Source: Bacilli bacterium (GTDB lineage Bacteria > Bacillota_I > Bacilli_A > RFN20 > CAG-826). Taken from it: a stretch of DNA of 64,000 nt. Made by a program: the position numbers and the translations under genes. Shown piece by piece: positions 8,718 to 16,916 of this stretch. Below the pieces are notes generated by a model. It was not told the DNA's origin. It worked only from the letters and a program-made list of their open reading frames with translations, and made no database searches. Positions within the stretch are counted from its first letter, which is position 1; the number at the start of each line of letters is the position of its first letter. The stretch is taken from NCBI GenBank assembly GCA_024408235.1, contig JAKSVF010000002.1, forward strand, positions 9,789 to 73,788. Direction: 5' to 3'.

Positions 8718-8765
8718 AGTATAACGAAGTATAACAAAATTCTTGAAGTATAACAGAGTATAACA
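8718..8765. repeat. Four direct copies of AGTATAAC(A/G), arranged as two pairs
   Basis: Copies start at 8718, 8728, 8747 and 8757. Spacing is 10 bp within each pair and 29 bp between pairs. On the minus strand three of the four copies read TGTTATACT, which resembles an extended -10. The array lies between two terminator hairpins in a convergent intergenic region. Confidence 0.85.
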
Positions 8766-8792
8766 AAAGTGGGCTTTTGTAATGAAAGCCTG
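8762..8792 (-). terminator. Terminator of the XRE-family gene (the hairpin is usable in both directions)
   Basis: GGCTTT-tgtaatg-AAAGCC stem 7 nt after the minus-strand stop (8797-8799). It is followed by CACTTTTGTT on the minus strand and TGCTTTTT on the plus strand. Confidence 0.65.
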
Positions 8793-8796
8793 CTTT

Positions 8797-9465
8797 TTAC
8801 TCAATTTCTGCGTATTTTCTTCTTCTGTTGAATCCGATGAATATAAATACGACCGTTAATGGGATGCCAAGGAACAATATAAACCAAAGTTCCCATCCTT
8901 TTTCTACGGACATTGACACTGTTGCGTAGATGGCGATTACGGTTGCCCATAATGCGACTAGAGATAGCGGTGTCCTTCTTGTGTATTTTCCCCATCTCCA
9001 GTTGTAGTAGAAGACGGTATATGAGGTGAATGGTAGAGCCCAAACAAATCCGATTGAGGCATAAAGGTATTTGGAATTATCCCCAAGGCCGAACATATCT
9101 TTGATTGGTGTGTCTTTTGATAGGACAAGTGCAGCGCTGAAGACGACTGCGGCAAGAGTCCAGAAGAAGACTGAGACTAACGCGGTGTTGATGAGTCTAT
9201 TTCTTCTTACGGCAGATGGGTCTTTTGAATGCTCCTCAATTACAGATTCTTCTGTATGGTGATGAGTCATGTAATCCATGGTGACACCAAAGAAGTCAGC
9301 GAGCTCCTGAAGGGTATTAACGTCAGGACAAACGTCACCATGCTCCCATTTGGAGATGGCCTTATCCGTATAGTTGAATCTTTCGGCGAGTTGTCCTTGA
9401 GTGAGTTTTCTGGCCTTGCGGAGGTTTGCTATGTTTTGTCCTACCGCTTCTGATACGTCTTTCAT
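8797..9465 (-). CDS. Membrane-anchored XRE-family (HTH_3) transcriptional regulator
   Basis: The N-terminus IANLRKARKLTQGQLAERFNYTDKAISKWEHGDVCPDVNTLQELADFFGV is a typical Cro/C1 HTH. The C-terminal half has about 4 hydrophobic helices. No SD precedes the ATG. Confidence 0.85.
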   Translation of the reverse strand: MKDVSEAVGQNIANLRKARKLTQGQLAERFNYTDKAISKWEHGDVCPDVNTLQELADFFGVTMDYMTHHHTEESVIEEHSKDPSAVRRNRLINTALVSVFFWTLAAVVFSAALVLSKDTPIKDMFGLGDNSKYLYASIGFVWALPFTSYTVFYYNWRWGKYTRRTPLSLVALWATVIAIYATVSMSVEKGWELWFILFLGIPLTVVFIFIGFNRRRKYAEIE

Positions 9466-9510
9466 AGTGGTATTAGTCTATAACAATAATTTCTAATTGC
9501 AACTTTATAT

Positions 9511-9524
9511 ATCCCTTTAGGGAT
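9511..9524. promoter_or_regulatory. Inverted repeat ATCCCT-TT-AGGGAT upstream of the XRE gene (candidate operator)
   Basis: Perfect 6-2-6 palindrome 46-59 nt upstream of the ATG at 9465. It is flanked by a direct repeat of TAGTCTATA (9475-9483 and 9537-9545). Confidence 0.35.
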
Positions 9525-9612
9525 TTATGGGCCAAATAGTCTATATGTGGCCCTTTATGCTTAAACACGCTTACTAAGCAATCCTTTTTGTTTAAATGGC
9601 TTAAAGACGGTG

Positions 9613-9645
9613 TTTTAAGAAAAAACGCCTTCGGATGAAGACGTT
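9613..9645 (-). terminator. Rho-independent terminator after the 445-aa lipoprotein gene
   Basis: The minus strand reads AACGTCTTC-ATCC-GAAGGCGTT followed by TTTTCTT. The stem overlaps the stop codon. Confidence 0.75.
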
Positions 9646-10981
9646 ATTTCGCGTTGTTGAATGTCTCTAGATATTTATCGAGTGATGGGATGCTCACTCC
9701 TCCGAAATCGACCATCGGAAGATACATCTCGTATGTATCGTGGTTGTATTCGAATACGTAGATGTAGGTGATGGTCGTGTCTTTAGAGGAATCGTCTCCA
9801 ATTTCATATAGAGGATCGATGTCGATATCCATGACGATTGCTTTAGGCTCAGCAACTTGGAAGATTGATCCATCTGGAGATTTGCTAGGGTTCAGCGAGA
9901 ATGCGTTTAAGATGTCATAAACATATGTTTTATTGGTGACGTAATAGACCTCGCCGTTATATTTGTAATCGCTCTTCAACTCGTAGTCGCCTTTGTTGAT
10001 ATATTGCATGTTGTTGAGCGTGGACATCCTAGAAGGGTAATTCATAAACTCAGCGATATCTGTTACATCCGATAACGGATTTGGGAAGAATCCGAGTTTT
10101 CCGTCTTGTATCTGGAACATGAAGCACCCTTTAACGTCATTATCTTCGGCGTTAGTTGGATCGCCATCGTGGTTCATCGCAACATATCCATATGTTCCGT
10201 TTGTGGTGAGCCAATAGTTTGGGTTTAACCACTCCTGGGCGTAGAAGGTCTCTTCAATGACGTCATATGAATTGATTTTGAAGTTGCTGCCTCTAATCAA
10301 AGCGCGCATATTTGCGAGATCTTCATCAGGTGTGAATGCGCCTGATTTTTGTCTGATCTGTTTTTCGGCATAGTCGATGGTAGAGGAGCCGAAATTTGTT
10401 GCCTCGTAGTTATAGACCATCTTCTTGTCGAAGAATTTAACCTCAAAGTTCAAAGTTCCTTCAAAGCTCGCTTTGATGTACTCAACATCGGCATAGCTTG
10501 TGCTTGCCATTCCGACCAATCCGAGGAATCCGAGTTTGAAATCCCTGTTCTTGATCGTTAGCTCTTTTGCGCCTTTATCGAAAACGACCTCATTTGTGTC
10601 GATGCCGTAAAGAGTGTTGATAATCTCGTTATTCCAGAGATCTGTTATGAATTTGCCTTCGGAATCGAGAATATACTCACTTTTGCGGTATGTATCTTCG
10701 AATCTGACGTTGTACATCCCCTTTCCTGAAACAAGGTAGATATCCATGCTGTCAAGATTGTGCTTGTCATAGCATCCAATTGCCCTTTCGGAAACGACGT
10801 AACGTTTTATGACATCACCATCTGCAATCTGATTGAGAGTGTAGTTCTTTGTCGATGTCATTAAATCAACCGCTTCGAAAAGAGATTCTGGGATAGTTTC
10901 CTTAGCGGATCCACATCCACTTAAAGTGGACATGGAGATAAGGAACAAAGATAGGTTTTTTAATGTTTGAGCATGTTTCAT
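9644..10981 (-). CDS. Lipoprotein of unknown function
   Basis: Signal peptide with a lipobox (LFLISMSTLSG-C-GS). No catalytic motif was recognised. The gene lies 2 nt from the upstream gene. Confidence 0.8.
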   Translation of the reverse strand: MKHAQTLKNLSLFLISMSTLSGCGSAKETIPESLFEAVDLMTSTKNYTLNQIADGDVIKRYVVSERAIGCYDKHNLDSMDIYLVSGKGMYNVRFEDTYRKSEYILDSEGKFITDLWNNEIINTLYGIDTNEVVFDKGAKELTIKNRDFKLGFLGLVGMASTSYADVEYIKASFEGTLNFEVKFFDKKMVYNYEATNFGSSTIDYAEKQIRQKSGAFTPDEDLANMRALIRGSNFKINSYDVIEETFYAQEWLNPNYWLTTNGTYGYVAMNHDGDPTNAEDNDVKGCFMFQIQDGKLGFFPNPLSDVTDIAEFMNYPSRMSTLNNMQYINKGDYELKSDYKYNGEVYYVTNKTYVYDILNAFSLNPSKSPDGSIFQVAEPKAIVMDIDIDPLYEIGDDSSKDTTITYIYVFEYNHDTYEMYLPMVDFGGVSIPSLDKYLETFNNAK

Positions 10982-10983
10982 TG

Positions 10984-13653
10984 TTATTTAATCTTGTCGA
11001 GTGCTTCCATGAGTGTGCATTCGTACTCATATCCATACTCTTCATCGCCCGAGACACCCCAGTCGCCAAATACAGCACCGGCATCATCAACACTGAAGTC
11101 TTTGTATGTGTAAAGAAGTGCTAAGCCAATTCTTCCTTCAGATGGTTCGATCATAAGATTCCAATTGTATTTGTTGAAATCCGCTTTGAGTTTGTATGAC
11201 TTGAGGTCAACGTTGGTGATCTTTGCGGTGATTCTACCGATGAGGTCTTGGCTATATTCGAATGTGTATGCGTCTGTGTACTGGAGAGTGCCTTTTGTGT
11301 CATACTGGCAATCTTTGATTGTGCCTGTTGCATCTTTGAAGTCGATCTGGATGTAATCCTGCAATGGGTTGTTCTCTTTATCAACGAAATATCCAGGAGC
11401 TGTTCTCCATGTTGTGTTAGCGACTCTAGCGTCATCGAATGTGTTAGGGCAGATAACGCATGTCAAAACTGTGGTGGATTTGTTCTCTGCATAATAATCT
11501 GACTGCATTGCAATGTAGACTGTTGTCTTCTCTGTCACTCCAGCCTTAGCCTTGATTGTAAGAGTTTCGTCTGTTCTTAAGAATTCGATTAAATCGGTAG
11601 CTTCGTTAACGACCTTGGTTTCATCAAATTCATCTTTGACCGTCTTTTTGACATATGCTTTTGGAGTGTAGACAACAGGAACGATTACTGAGTTATATCC
11701 AGAAACAGCTGTAGCCTTGACTGTGAATGAGTCTGTTGAGCCTGATAAGATTTCACATTCATCTGCTCTAGCTGTTCCGATGAAGTAGAACTGAGCGATT
11801 GATTTGCAGTATCCGATTGTGAGCTTCTTGTTGTATTTGACACCGCTGTTCTGGGTCTGGTTTGTGATGTTGACGTTTGTTTCACCAACCTTTGCAGCAA
11901 CGCCTTTTGTATAGGTGAAGTCTAAGAGGTTTTCAGAATCTCCGACAACTTCATACTGCCATGCATCTAATGCGGTTGATGGGGCATAGCTGAAGTTCTT
12001 TAATGCTTTTGAATCGCCGCCTTCAACTGTGTGGATTGAGACATAGTCTCCAAATCCGACATGGTCATCTCCGCCTGCTGCATCATTTGAGAATGTTATG
12101 TCGTTGATTGATGAGATGAAGTATTTATCGACGTCGAATGTTGGCTTTCCTGAGTTTGGATTACCGTATTCTGCTGTGTATGTGATCTTGGTTGTAACAC
12201 CGACTTTTGCAGTTGGCTGATGAGTTGTGAAATCCCACTTAGCCTTTGGATAAGAGGTGTACTTGTAGTTCATGCCAGTGACATTGCCTTCTTTGTTGAA
12301 ATTGAGGTCAATCTCATAGATCTTTCCGTCGTGCTCCTCGGTTTCGTTACCTGTGCCTGAACGGTTATTTTCAATAACAGAATTAACTTTGACGTTGAAA
12401 GCACCATCAGCCAATGGGGTTGAGACAACCTGATAGTCGACATAGCTTGCTGCGTTGATCACGGCAGTGGTGGAGTCGACTCTATAAGCCCACTTTATTT
12501 CCTGCTCTAAAGCGTTTCCAGCGTGCGCTGACCAGTTGACGTTTCTGATGCCGTATCTTTCGCTTGTGAGGTATCTAGATTCGTCGAACCATTTTCCGTC
12601 ACGGATTATTTCATCTTTCTGTAAGTCGCAGCGGTATGAGTATTCGTCTTTGCCTGCAGGATTTCTTAAATACTTGAAGTAATCGTTGTTTCCAAGTGAG
12701 TTTGGATATGTGTCAACGACTGTGAAGACGTCTTTTTCGAGGTCTGCTTGTTTATATGTGTAGTAGGTTTCCTCGTTCTGAAGGTCTTCAATTGTTGCTA
12801 ATGAGGTGTTGTTCTCGTATTTCTTGTAGTTATATGTGTAATTCAAGAACTCATCTCCGCTGCTATCAGTGACTGAGTAGGTTGAGTTTTTGAGGTTGAG
12901 AGGGTTGCATGTTTCATCACGCATTCCAGAACCTGCATCACCAGAGAAAAGTCTATATAAAGAGTCTGGGTCTGTTGGTAAAACATCAACGCTGGTTCTT
13001 ACAACTGAGAATGGGACTTCAGCCGCTGGATTATATCTGAATTCATATGTGCATCCTGTTGCAACGGCGAAGCCATATTCGGCAGCGCCTGGCCACTGAA
13101 TGTTGCCAAATGAATTAACATAGTCATAGCACTTGTAGTAATCCTGTTTCTGTCCCTGGACCATTAAGTTGAATTTGGCTACCTGTAAAGAGCTTGAAAC
13201 CTTTGCTGTTCCTCTGAATATTCCATCAGCGCCTTCGGTTAAGCTGCATGCAAAACCTTCGCCTTCGATTGTGATATCACCGGAAATTGTGTAGTTAACG
13301 GAGATTCTTGCGCCACCAAATGGCATTTTGAACTTATAAACGTTGTTTGTTCCTTCGATTGGGCTGTTGTTTACCAAGACTGCCTTGATTGTGAATGCTT
13401 CAGCAACACTTGTGAGTGTGAATGTGACTTCCTCATCGACTTCTGCCTCAGTTTTATCAATGGTGTATGTGATTCCGTCTGGTAAATTAGCAACGATGAT
13501 TTTGTATTTCTCAGCTGCCTGTGATTCTTGTGATTCTCCTACGTGGCTTGTGTTATCTCCGCCGTGTGAAGACTTATCGCCTTTTGGTCCGCATGCGCCG
13601 AGTAATCCGAGTACGAGGATTCCGCTTAAGACCAATAATGATTTCTTTTTCAT
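10984..13653 (-). CDS. Large lipoprotein (889 aa) of unknown function
   Basis: Lipobox LGLLGA-C-GP. The sequence is beta-rich and Asn/Thr/Tyr-rich. The start abuts the stop of the upstream gene, and an AGGAGG RBS lies inside that upstream gene's end. Confidence 0.85.
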   Translation of the reverse strand: MKKKSLLVLSGILVLGLLGACGPKGDKSSHGGDNTSHVGESQESQAAEKYKIIVANLPDGITYTIDKTEAEVDEEVTFTLTSVAEAFTIKAVLVNNSPIEGTNNVYKFKMPFGGARISVNYTISGDITIEGEGFACSLTEGADGIFRGTAKVSSSLQVAKFNLMVQGQKQDYYKCYDYVNSFGNIQWPGAAEYGFAVATGCTYEFRYNPAAEVPFSVVRTSVDVLPTDPDSLYRLFSGDAGSGMRDETCNPLNLKNSTYSVTDSSGDEFLNYTYNYKKYENNTSLATIEDLQNEETYYTYKQADLEKDVFTVVDTYPNSLGNNDYFKYLRNPAGKDEYSYRCDLQKDEIIRDGKWFDESRYLTSERYGIRNVNWSAHAGNALEQEIKWAYRVDSTTAVINAASYVDYQVVSTPLADGAFNVKVNSVIENNRSGTGNETEEHDGKIYEIDLNFNKEGNVTGMNYKYTSYPKAKWDFTTHQPTAKVGVTTKITYTAEYGNPNSGKPTFDVDKYFISSINDITFSNDAAGGDDHVGFGDYVSIHTVEGGDSKALKNFSYAPSTALDAWQYEVVGDSENLLDFTYTKGVAAKVGETNVNITNQTQNSGVKYNKKLTIGYCKSIAQFYFIGTARADECEILSGSTDSFTVKATAVSGYNSVIVPVVYTPKAYVKKTVKDEFDETKVVNEATDLIEFLRTDETLTIKAKAGVTEKTTVYIAMQSDYYAENKSTTVLTCVICPNTFDDARVANTTWRTAPGYFVDKENNPLQDYIQIDFKDATGTIKDCQYDTKGTLQYTDAYTFEYSQDLIGRITAKITNVDLKSYKLKADFNKYNWNLMIEPSEGRIGLALLYTYKDFSVDDAGAVFGDWGVSGDEEYGYEYECTLMEALDKIK

Positions 13654-14451
13654 TTACATTGCCTCCTTGAGTTCTGCTGGCTGAAATAATTCCAGTAAAT
13701 AGTAATTGTCGCTAACGCCTTTTTCTGCGTAGTAGATATAGATTCTATCAGCGCACTTGCTAACGTAGACTTCTTTGATGTCGTCTGATAAATCCGACTG
13801 AGTTTTATCGACATTACATGAGAAGAGGTAGAAGTGGCCATCAAACGCACCACCTTCTTCAACCCCTACGTATTCTAGGTCAAATACAGATTTTCCTGTT
13901 TTGCCTCCGTGTTCTCCGCCTGAGACAACCCCTGTTGAATACGTTTTGTAGACATCGGTTACCACGAATCTGTAGTTGCCGTATATTCCGGTTGATGTGT
14001 AGATATCGTAGCGGGCAACTGCCTTCATGATATTCTCTGCGGAATAAGGGGTTCTGACGTGCATAACCTTATTGAATGCGATCAGTCCGTCAGAATCATA
14101 GATGGTTAGGATAGAATCGCCAGCTTTATGGGTGATGACTTTGAATGAGTTCTTTCCAGTCATCTCAATTGTTGCGCTTTCAGGTCTAGAGCTTTTTACA
14201 TCGATTGTTGTGTCGGCTAAGCTTGTTGAGAATGTGCAAGGATATTCGCTTCCCGCTTCAAGGAATGCGTCGGTGCTGATCTCAATCATGTAGCCACCAA
14301 GATTTCCCGATGTTTTTTCCGTTGTTGAGAGCGTTACATAGCTTTCTTCAACCCATGGATCATCCGAGTGATTAGGTTTTGTTCCGCAACTGACAGTTAA
14401 TAGTGATAATGTCAGCAGTGGAAGCATCATTTTCTTTAATGATTTCGTCAT
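13654..14451 (-). CDS. Lipoprotein of unknown function with a Big_2-like Ig segment
   Basis: Lipobox LSLLTVS-C-GT. AGGAGG RBS upstream. The segment TIDVKSSRPESATIEMTGKNSFKVITHKAGDSILTIYD resembles a bacterial Ig-like fold. Confidence 0.8.
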   Translation of the reverse strand: MTKSLKKMMLPLLTLSLLTVSCGTKPNHSDDPWVEESYVTLSTTEKTSGNLGGYMIEISTDAFLEAGSEYPCTFSTSLADTTIDVKSSRPESATIEMTGKNSFKVITHKAGDSILTIYDSDGLIAFNKVMHVRTPYSAENIMKAVARYDIYTSTGIYGNYRFVVTDVYKTYSTGVVSGGEHGGKTGKSVFDLEYVGVEEGGAFDGHFYLFSCNVDKTQSDLSDDIKEVYVSKCADRIYIYYAEKGVSDNYYLLELFQPAELKEAM

Positions 14452-14528
14452 ATTTGAACCTCCTTAGGTTCCTTTGCTATCTATCTAAAATCCAATTATT
14501 GATTTGCTTGGACCGTATATTTTATCCA

Positions 14529-14547
14529 ATATTTATTGAATAAATAT
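14529..14547. promoter_or_regulatory. Perfect 9-1-9 palindrome ATATTTATT-G-AATAAATAT upstream of the three-gene lipoprotein operon
   Basis: Read directly from the sequence. It lies 78-96 nt upstream of the ATG at 14451. It is AT-rich, so a chance occurrence is not excluded. Confidence 0.3.
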
Positions 14548-14584
14548 AATTTATGGAACAATTATTGTGTGTTTGCAAGTAAAT

Positions 14585-14615
14585 TCATAAGAAAAGAGGC
14601 CTTATTAGACCTCTT
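14585..14615 (-). terminator. Terminator after the 702-aa lipoprotein gene
   Basis: The minus strand reads AAGAGGTC-TAATAA-GGCCTCTT (one internal mismatch) followed by TTCTTATG. It lies 16 nt after the stop. Confidence 0.55.
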
Positions 14616-14630
14616 TACCACATGTGTGTA

Positions 14631-16739
14631 TTAAAGTTTGAAGTCAGCACAGGTGAAGACGCTTCCCTTGAAGTTGTAAGCGTTATTATTTACCCAGTGA
14701 TCCTTGAAGGTGATCTTTCCGTCTTCCAAATACATTACGAACTGCTTTCCGATTTCTGGAGCTGTGTTTGCTGGTTTGCCCCAATAACCTCTTTCGACTA
14801 GGGTTGCGTTTAATGTGTTAGTTTTCTCGTCGAATGTAGCGGTGAAATCCCAATAATATTTGAAGTAATCCATGCCGACGATTTTCCCTGTGATGTTATC
14901 GTTTGAATCGCCGAATATGATCTGCGCTTTTACAGGGCTTCCATCATCGGAATAAGAACCTTCGAATACCTTGCCTGCAATATCGAGCGAGTTCCTTACT
15001 ATTTCTTCGTTGCTTACCACGACGAATTTCATGTCCGCCTTAAGCTGGATGACAACAATTCTAGAAGGCGAGGTCAGTTTTAGTGAGTCAGTTTCGACTG
15101 TTACTTTGTACTCATCTTCGTCAAAGAGAGCCGTTTCATTTGAAGTGAATAATAATGTGTGTTCGTCATTTGTGTACTTGTTCGCAAAAGAAGTGATTAT
15201 TGATCTATTGCCTTTTCCACCCCCATCAACATATCCAACTGAAACAAGTTTATCTTCGCCCTTGTAGACATCGTAAACCGCATTGTTGTCCTGAATGTTA
15301 ACACCATTGTGCATGACAACATTCGTGTCAGTGATGATCTTATTTCCGTCACTTGTTATGTAGCAAGATGCGTGGAGCGTATCTCCAAGATAGATGTTAA
15401 ATGATCCATAAGATACCGATCCAATAGTGAATATTTCATTCACCAAAGTGTAGTCTTCTGCCTTGGTGCCATCTTTAATCTTGAAGGCAACTGTAATGTC
15501 GTTTGCTCCATTTTGGAACGCGGTAGCGATTGTTGTTGCGTTGTTGCCATAAACAAGAATGTTGTTGCCTTTATACATATCAACGGTTGAGGTTCCGTTC
15601 AATGCCTTGATGACACCGTCAGTTTCTTCCTGCAAATAAAGTATGGTGGATGTGACGCCGGATCTTGAGGATGAATAATCAAACTTACCAGATGCGTCGA
15701 TGTCGATTGAGAAATCAGATATGCTATTAGCGTATGTTCCTGTTCCATTGAAATTGTAAGTTCTAATGACTGCGTATTTGCCTAATAAATCGCTATCAGC
15801 AAACGCAGAACCATCAATTTCGGTTACGGATAATCTGACGAGTTTATCTGAAGAGAATGGGCATTTGAACTGATATAAGTCTTCGGATTCAATGTATTTG
15901 AATTCAATCGTTCTCTTTGCGCCAGAAGTTACATCTGTGAGAGTGTATCCAGACAATTGTTTAACGATGTATCCATCGGTTGCCTCCGCTTTAACATAGA
16001 CAATGTCATCCATGTCGCATGTATCTATTTCGACTTTCTTTGTGTCGTTATAGACATGTAGTGCGATATGTGAGGAGTTATCGACTTGGATTTTGTATTC
16101 TTTTTCGGTTGGAGTGGTATCTTCCCAGGTTGCGACGATTTCCATCGTGGTGTCACCACTTGTGGCACTCATATTTTCTTCAGCAACAAAGTTGATATTA
16201 CCTTTAGCGTTGATTTTGTAGTTTGTTCCGTTGATTGTTGCGCCGGATGCGATGAAGAAGCCGTTGTCAGCCATTGCCATACGGATTTGAGCCCCGATGA
16301 CGAAGGTGTAGTAACCATCGCTTCCTTTTAAAACTTCCTCATATTCTCCGCCATCAACGGACATTGTTGGGTTGCCAACGAATAAATTATGCTCATCTAC
16401 TACACGAGCTTGCACTGTCTTAACGACTGGGGCAACAGAGGAACTTGAAGATGACTCAACATTGCTAGAAGAGGACTTTTCTTCGCTAGACGAAGATTTC
16501 TGTTCGCTAGAAGATGGTTTCTGTTCGCTTGATGAAACGATTTCGGAAGTAACTGGGGCCTCGCTTGTGGCTGATGTTTCTTCCTTTGAGGATTCTTTTT
16601 CACTTGTGATGACAGTTTCGCTTGTTGTCTCTGATGTCAATTCTTCAACTGAAGATTCTGATGTTATTTTAGGACCGCAGGCAACAATTGCTCCCGCTCC
16701 GATGATAGAAGCTAACACTAATAAAGGTTTTCTTTTCAT
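14631..16739 (-). CDS. Lipoprotein with a Ser-rich low-complexity stalk, unknown function
   Basis: I prefer the ATG at 16739 (MKRKPLLVLASIIGAGAIVA-C-GP), which has an AAGGAG RBS at 16744-16749. The 28-codon upstream extension in the ORF track has no support. The stalk reads SSSEQKPSSSEQKSSSSEEKSSSSNVESSSSSS. Confidence 0.85.
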   Translation of the reverse strand: MKRKPLLVLASIIGAGAIVACGPKITSESSVEELTSETTSETVITSEKESSKEETSATSEAPVTSEIVSSSEQKPSSSEQKSSSSEEKSSSSNVESSSSSSVAPVVKTVQARVVDEHNLFVGNPTMSVDGGEYEEVLKGSDGYYTFVIGAQIRMAMADNGFFIASGATINGTNYKINAKGNINFVAEENMSATSGDTTMEIVATWEDTTPTEKEYKIQVDNSSHIALHVYNDTKKVEIDTCDMDDIVYVKAEATDGYIVKQLSGYTLTDVTSGAKRTIEFKYIESEDLYQFKCPFSSDKLVRLSVTEIDGSAFADSDLLGKYAVIRTYNFNGTGTYANSISDFSIDIDASGKFDYSSSRSGVTSTILYLQEETDGVIKALNGTSTVDMYKGNNILVYGNNATTIATAFQNGANDITVAFKIKDGTKAEDYTLVNEIFTIGSVSYGSFNIYLGDTLHASCYITSDGNKIITDTNVVMHNGVNIQDNNAVYDVYKGEDKLVSVGYVDGGGKGNRSIITSFANKYTNDEHTLLFTSNETALFDEDEYKVTVETDSLKLTSPSRIVVIQLKADMKFVVVSNEEIVRNSLDIAGKVFEGSYSDDGSPVKAQIIFGDSNDNITGKIVGMDYFKYYWDFTATFDEKTNTLNATLVERGYWGKPANTAPEIGKQFVMYLEDGKITFKDHWVNNNAYNFKGSVFTCADFKL
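16440..16560 (-). repeat. Ser-rich tandem repeat (21-nt / 7-aa unit) within the lipoprotein gene
   Basis: TTTCTGTTCGCTAGAAGA (16497-16514) and TTTCTGTTCGCTTGATGA (16518-16535) are 21 nt apart. A more degenerate copy lies just upstream. They encode SSSEQK-type units. Confidence 0.7.
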
Positions 16740-16756
16740 AAAAAACTCCTTCTTAC

Positions 16757-16771
16757 TTAACGTAACGTTAA
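16757..16771. promoter_or_regulatory. Perfect 7-1-7 palindrome TTAACGT-A-ACGTTAA next to the lipoprotein gene RBS
   Basis: Read directly from the sequence. It lies 18-32 nt upstream of the ATG at 16739, in the divergent region shared with the PIN gene. Confidence 0.35.
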
Positions 16772-16916
16772 TTCGTACATATTTTGCATTAATAAATGAA
16801 TATTTAAAGAAAAAGATTAACAAAAAAATTTTTGTTAGCGGTTTTATAAGACAATAATTCGCAAAATCTTGAGTTTATGTGTACAATATCGGCCGTAAGG
16901 AGGTATGTGAAATTAC

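Noticed and set aside
16740-16823. N-terminal extensions suggested by the ORF track. Examples are 16823 for the Ser-rich lipoprotein, 34169, 35824, 25958, 54756 and 889.
   Set aside because: In each case an internal ATG preceded by a good SD gives a canonical N-terminus (signal peptide plus lipobox, MWKYVLKRL for OppB, MKVAIGSDHAGF for RpiB). The extension would overlap the upstream gene or place a non-signal sequence in front.
16905-16910. An ATG-TGA start-stop immediately after the strong SD upstream of the PIN gene.
   Set aside because: The ATG is only 1 nt from GGAGG(T), too close for initiation. The SD more plausibly serves the ATG at 16917, although that spacer is rather long.
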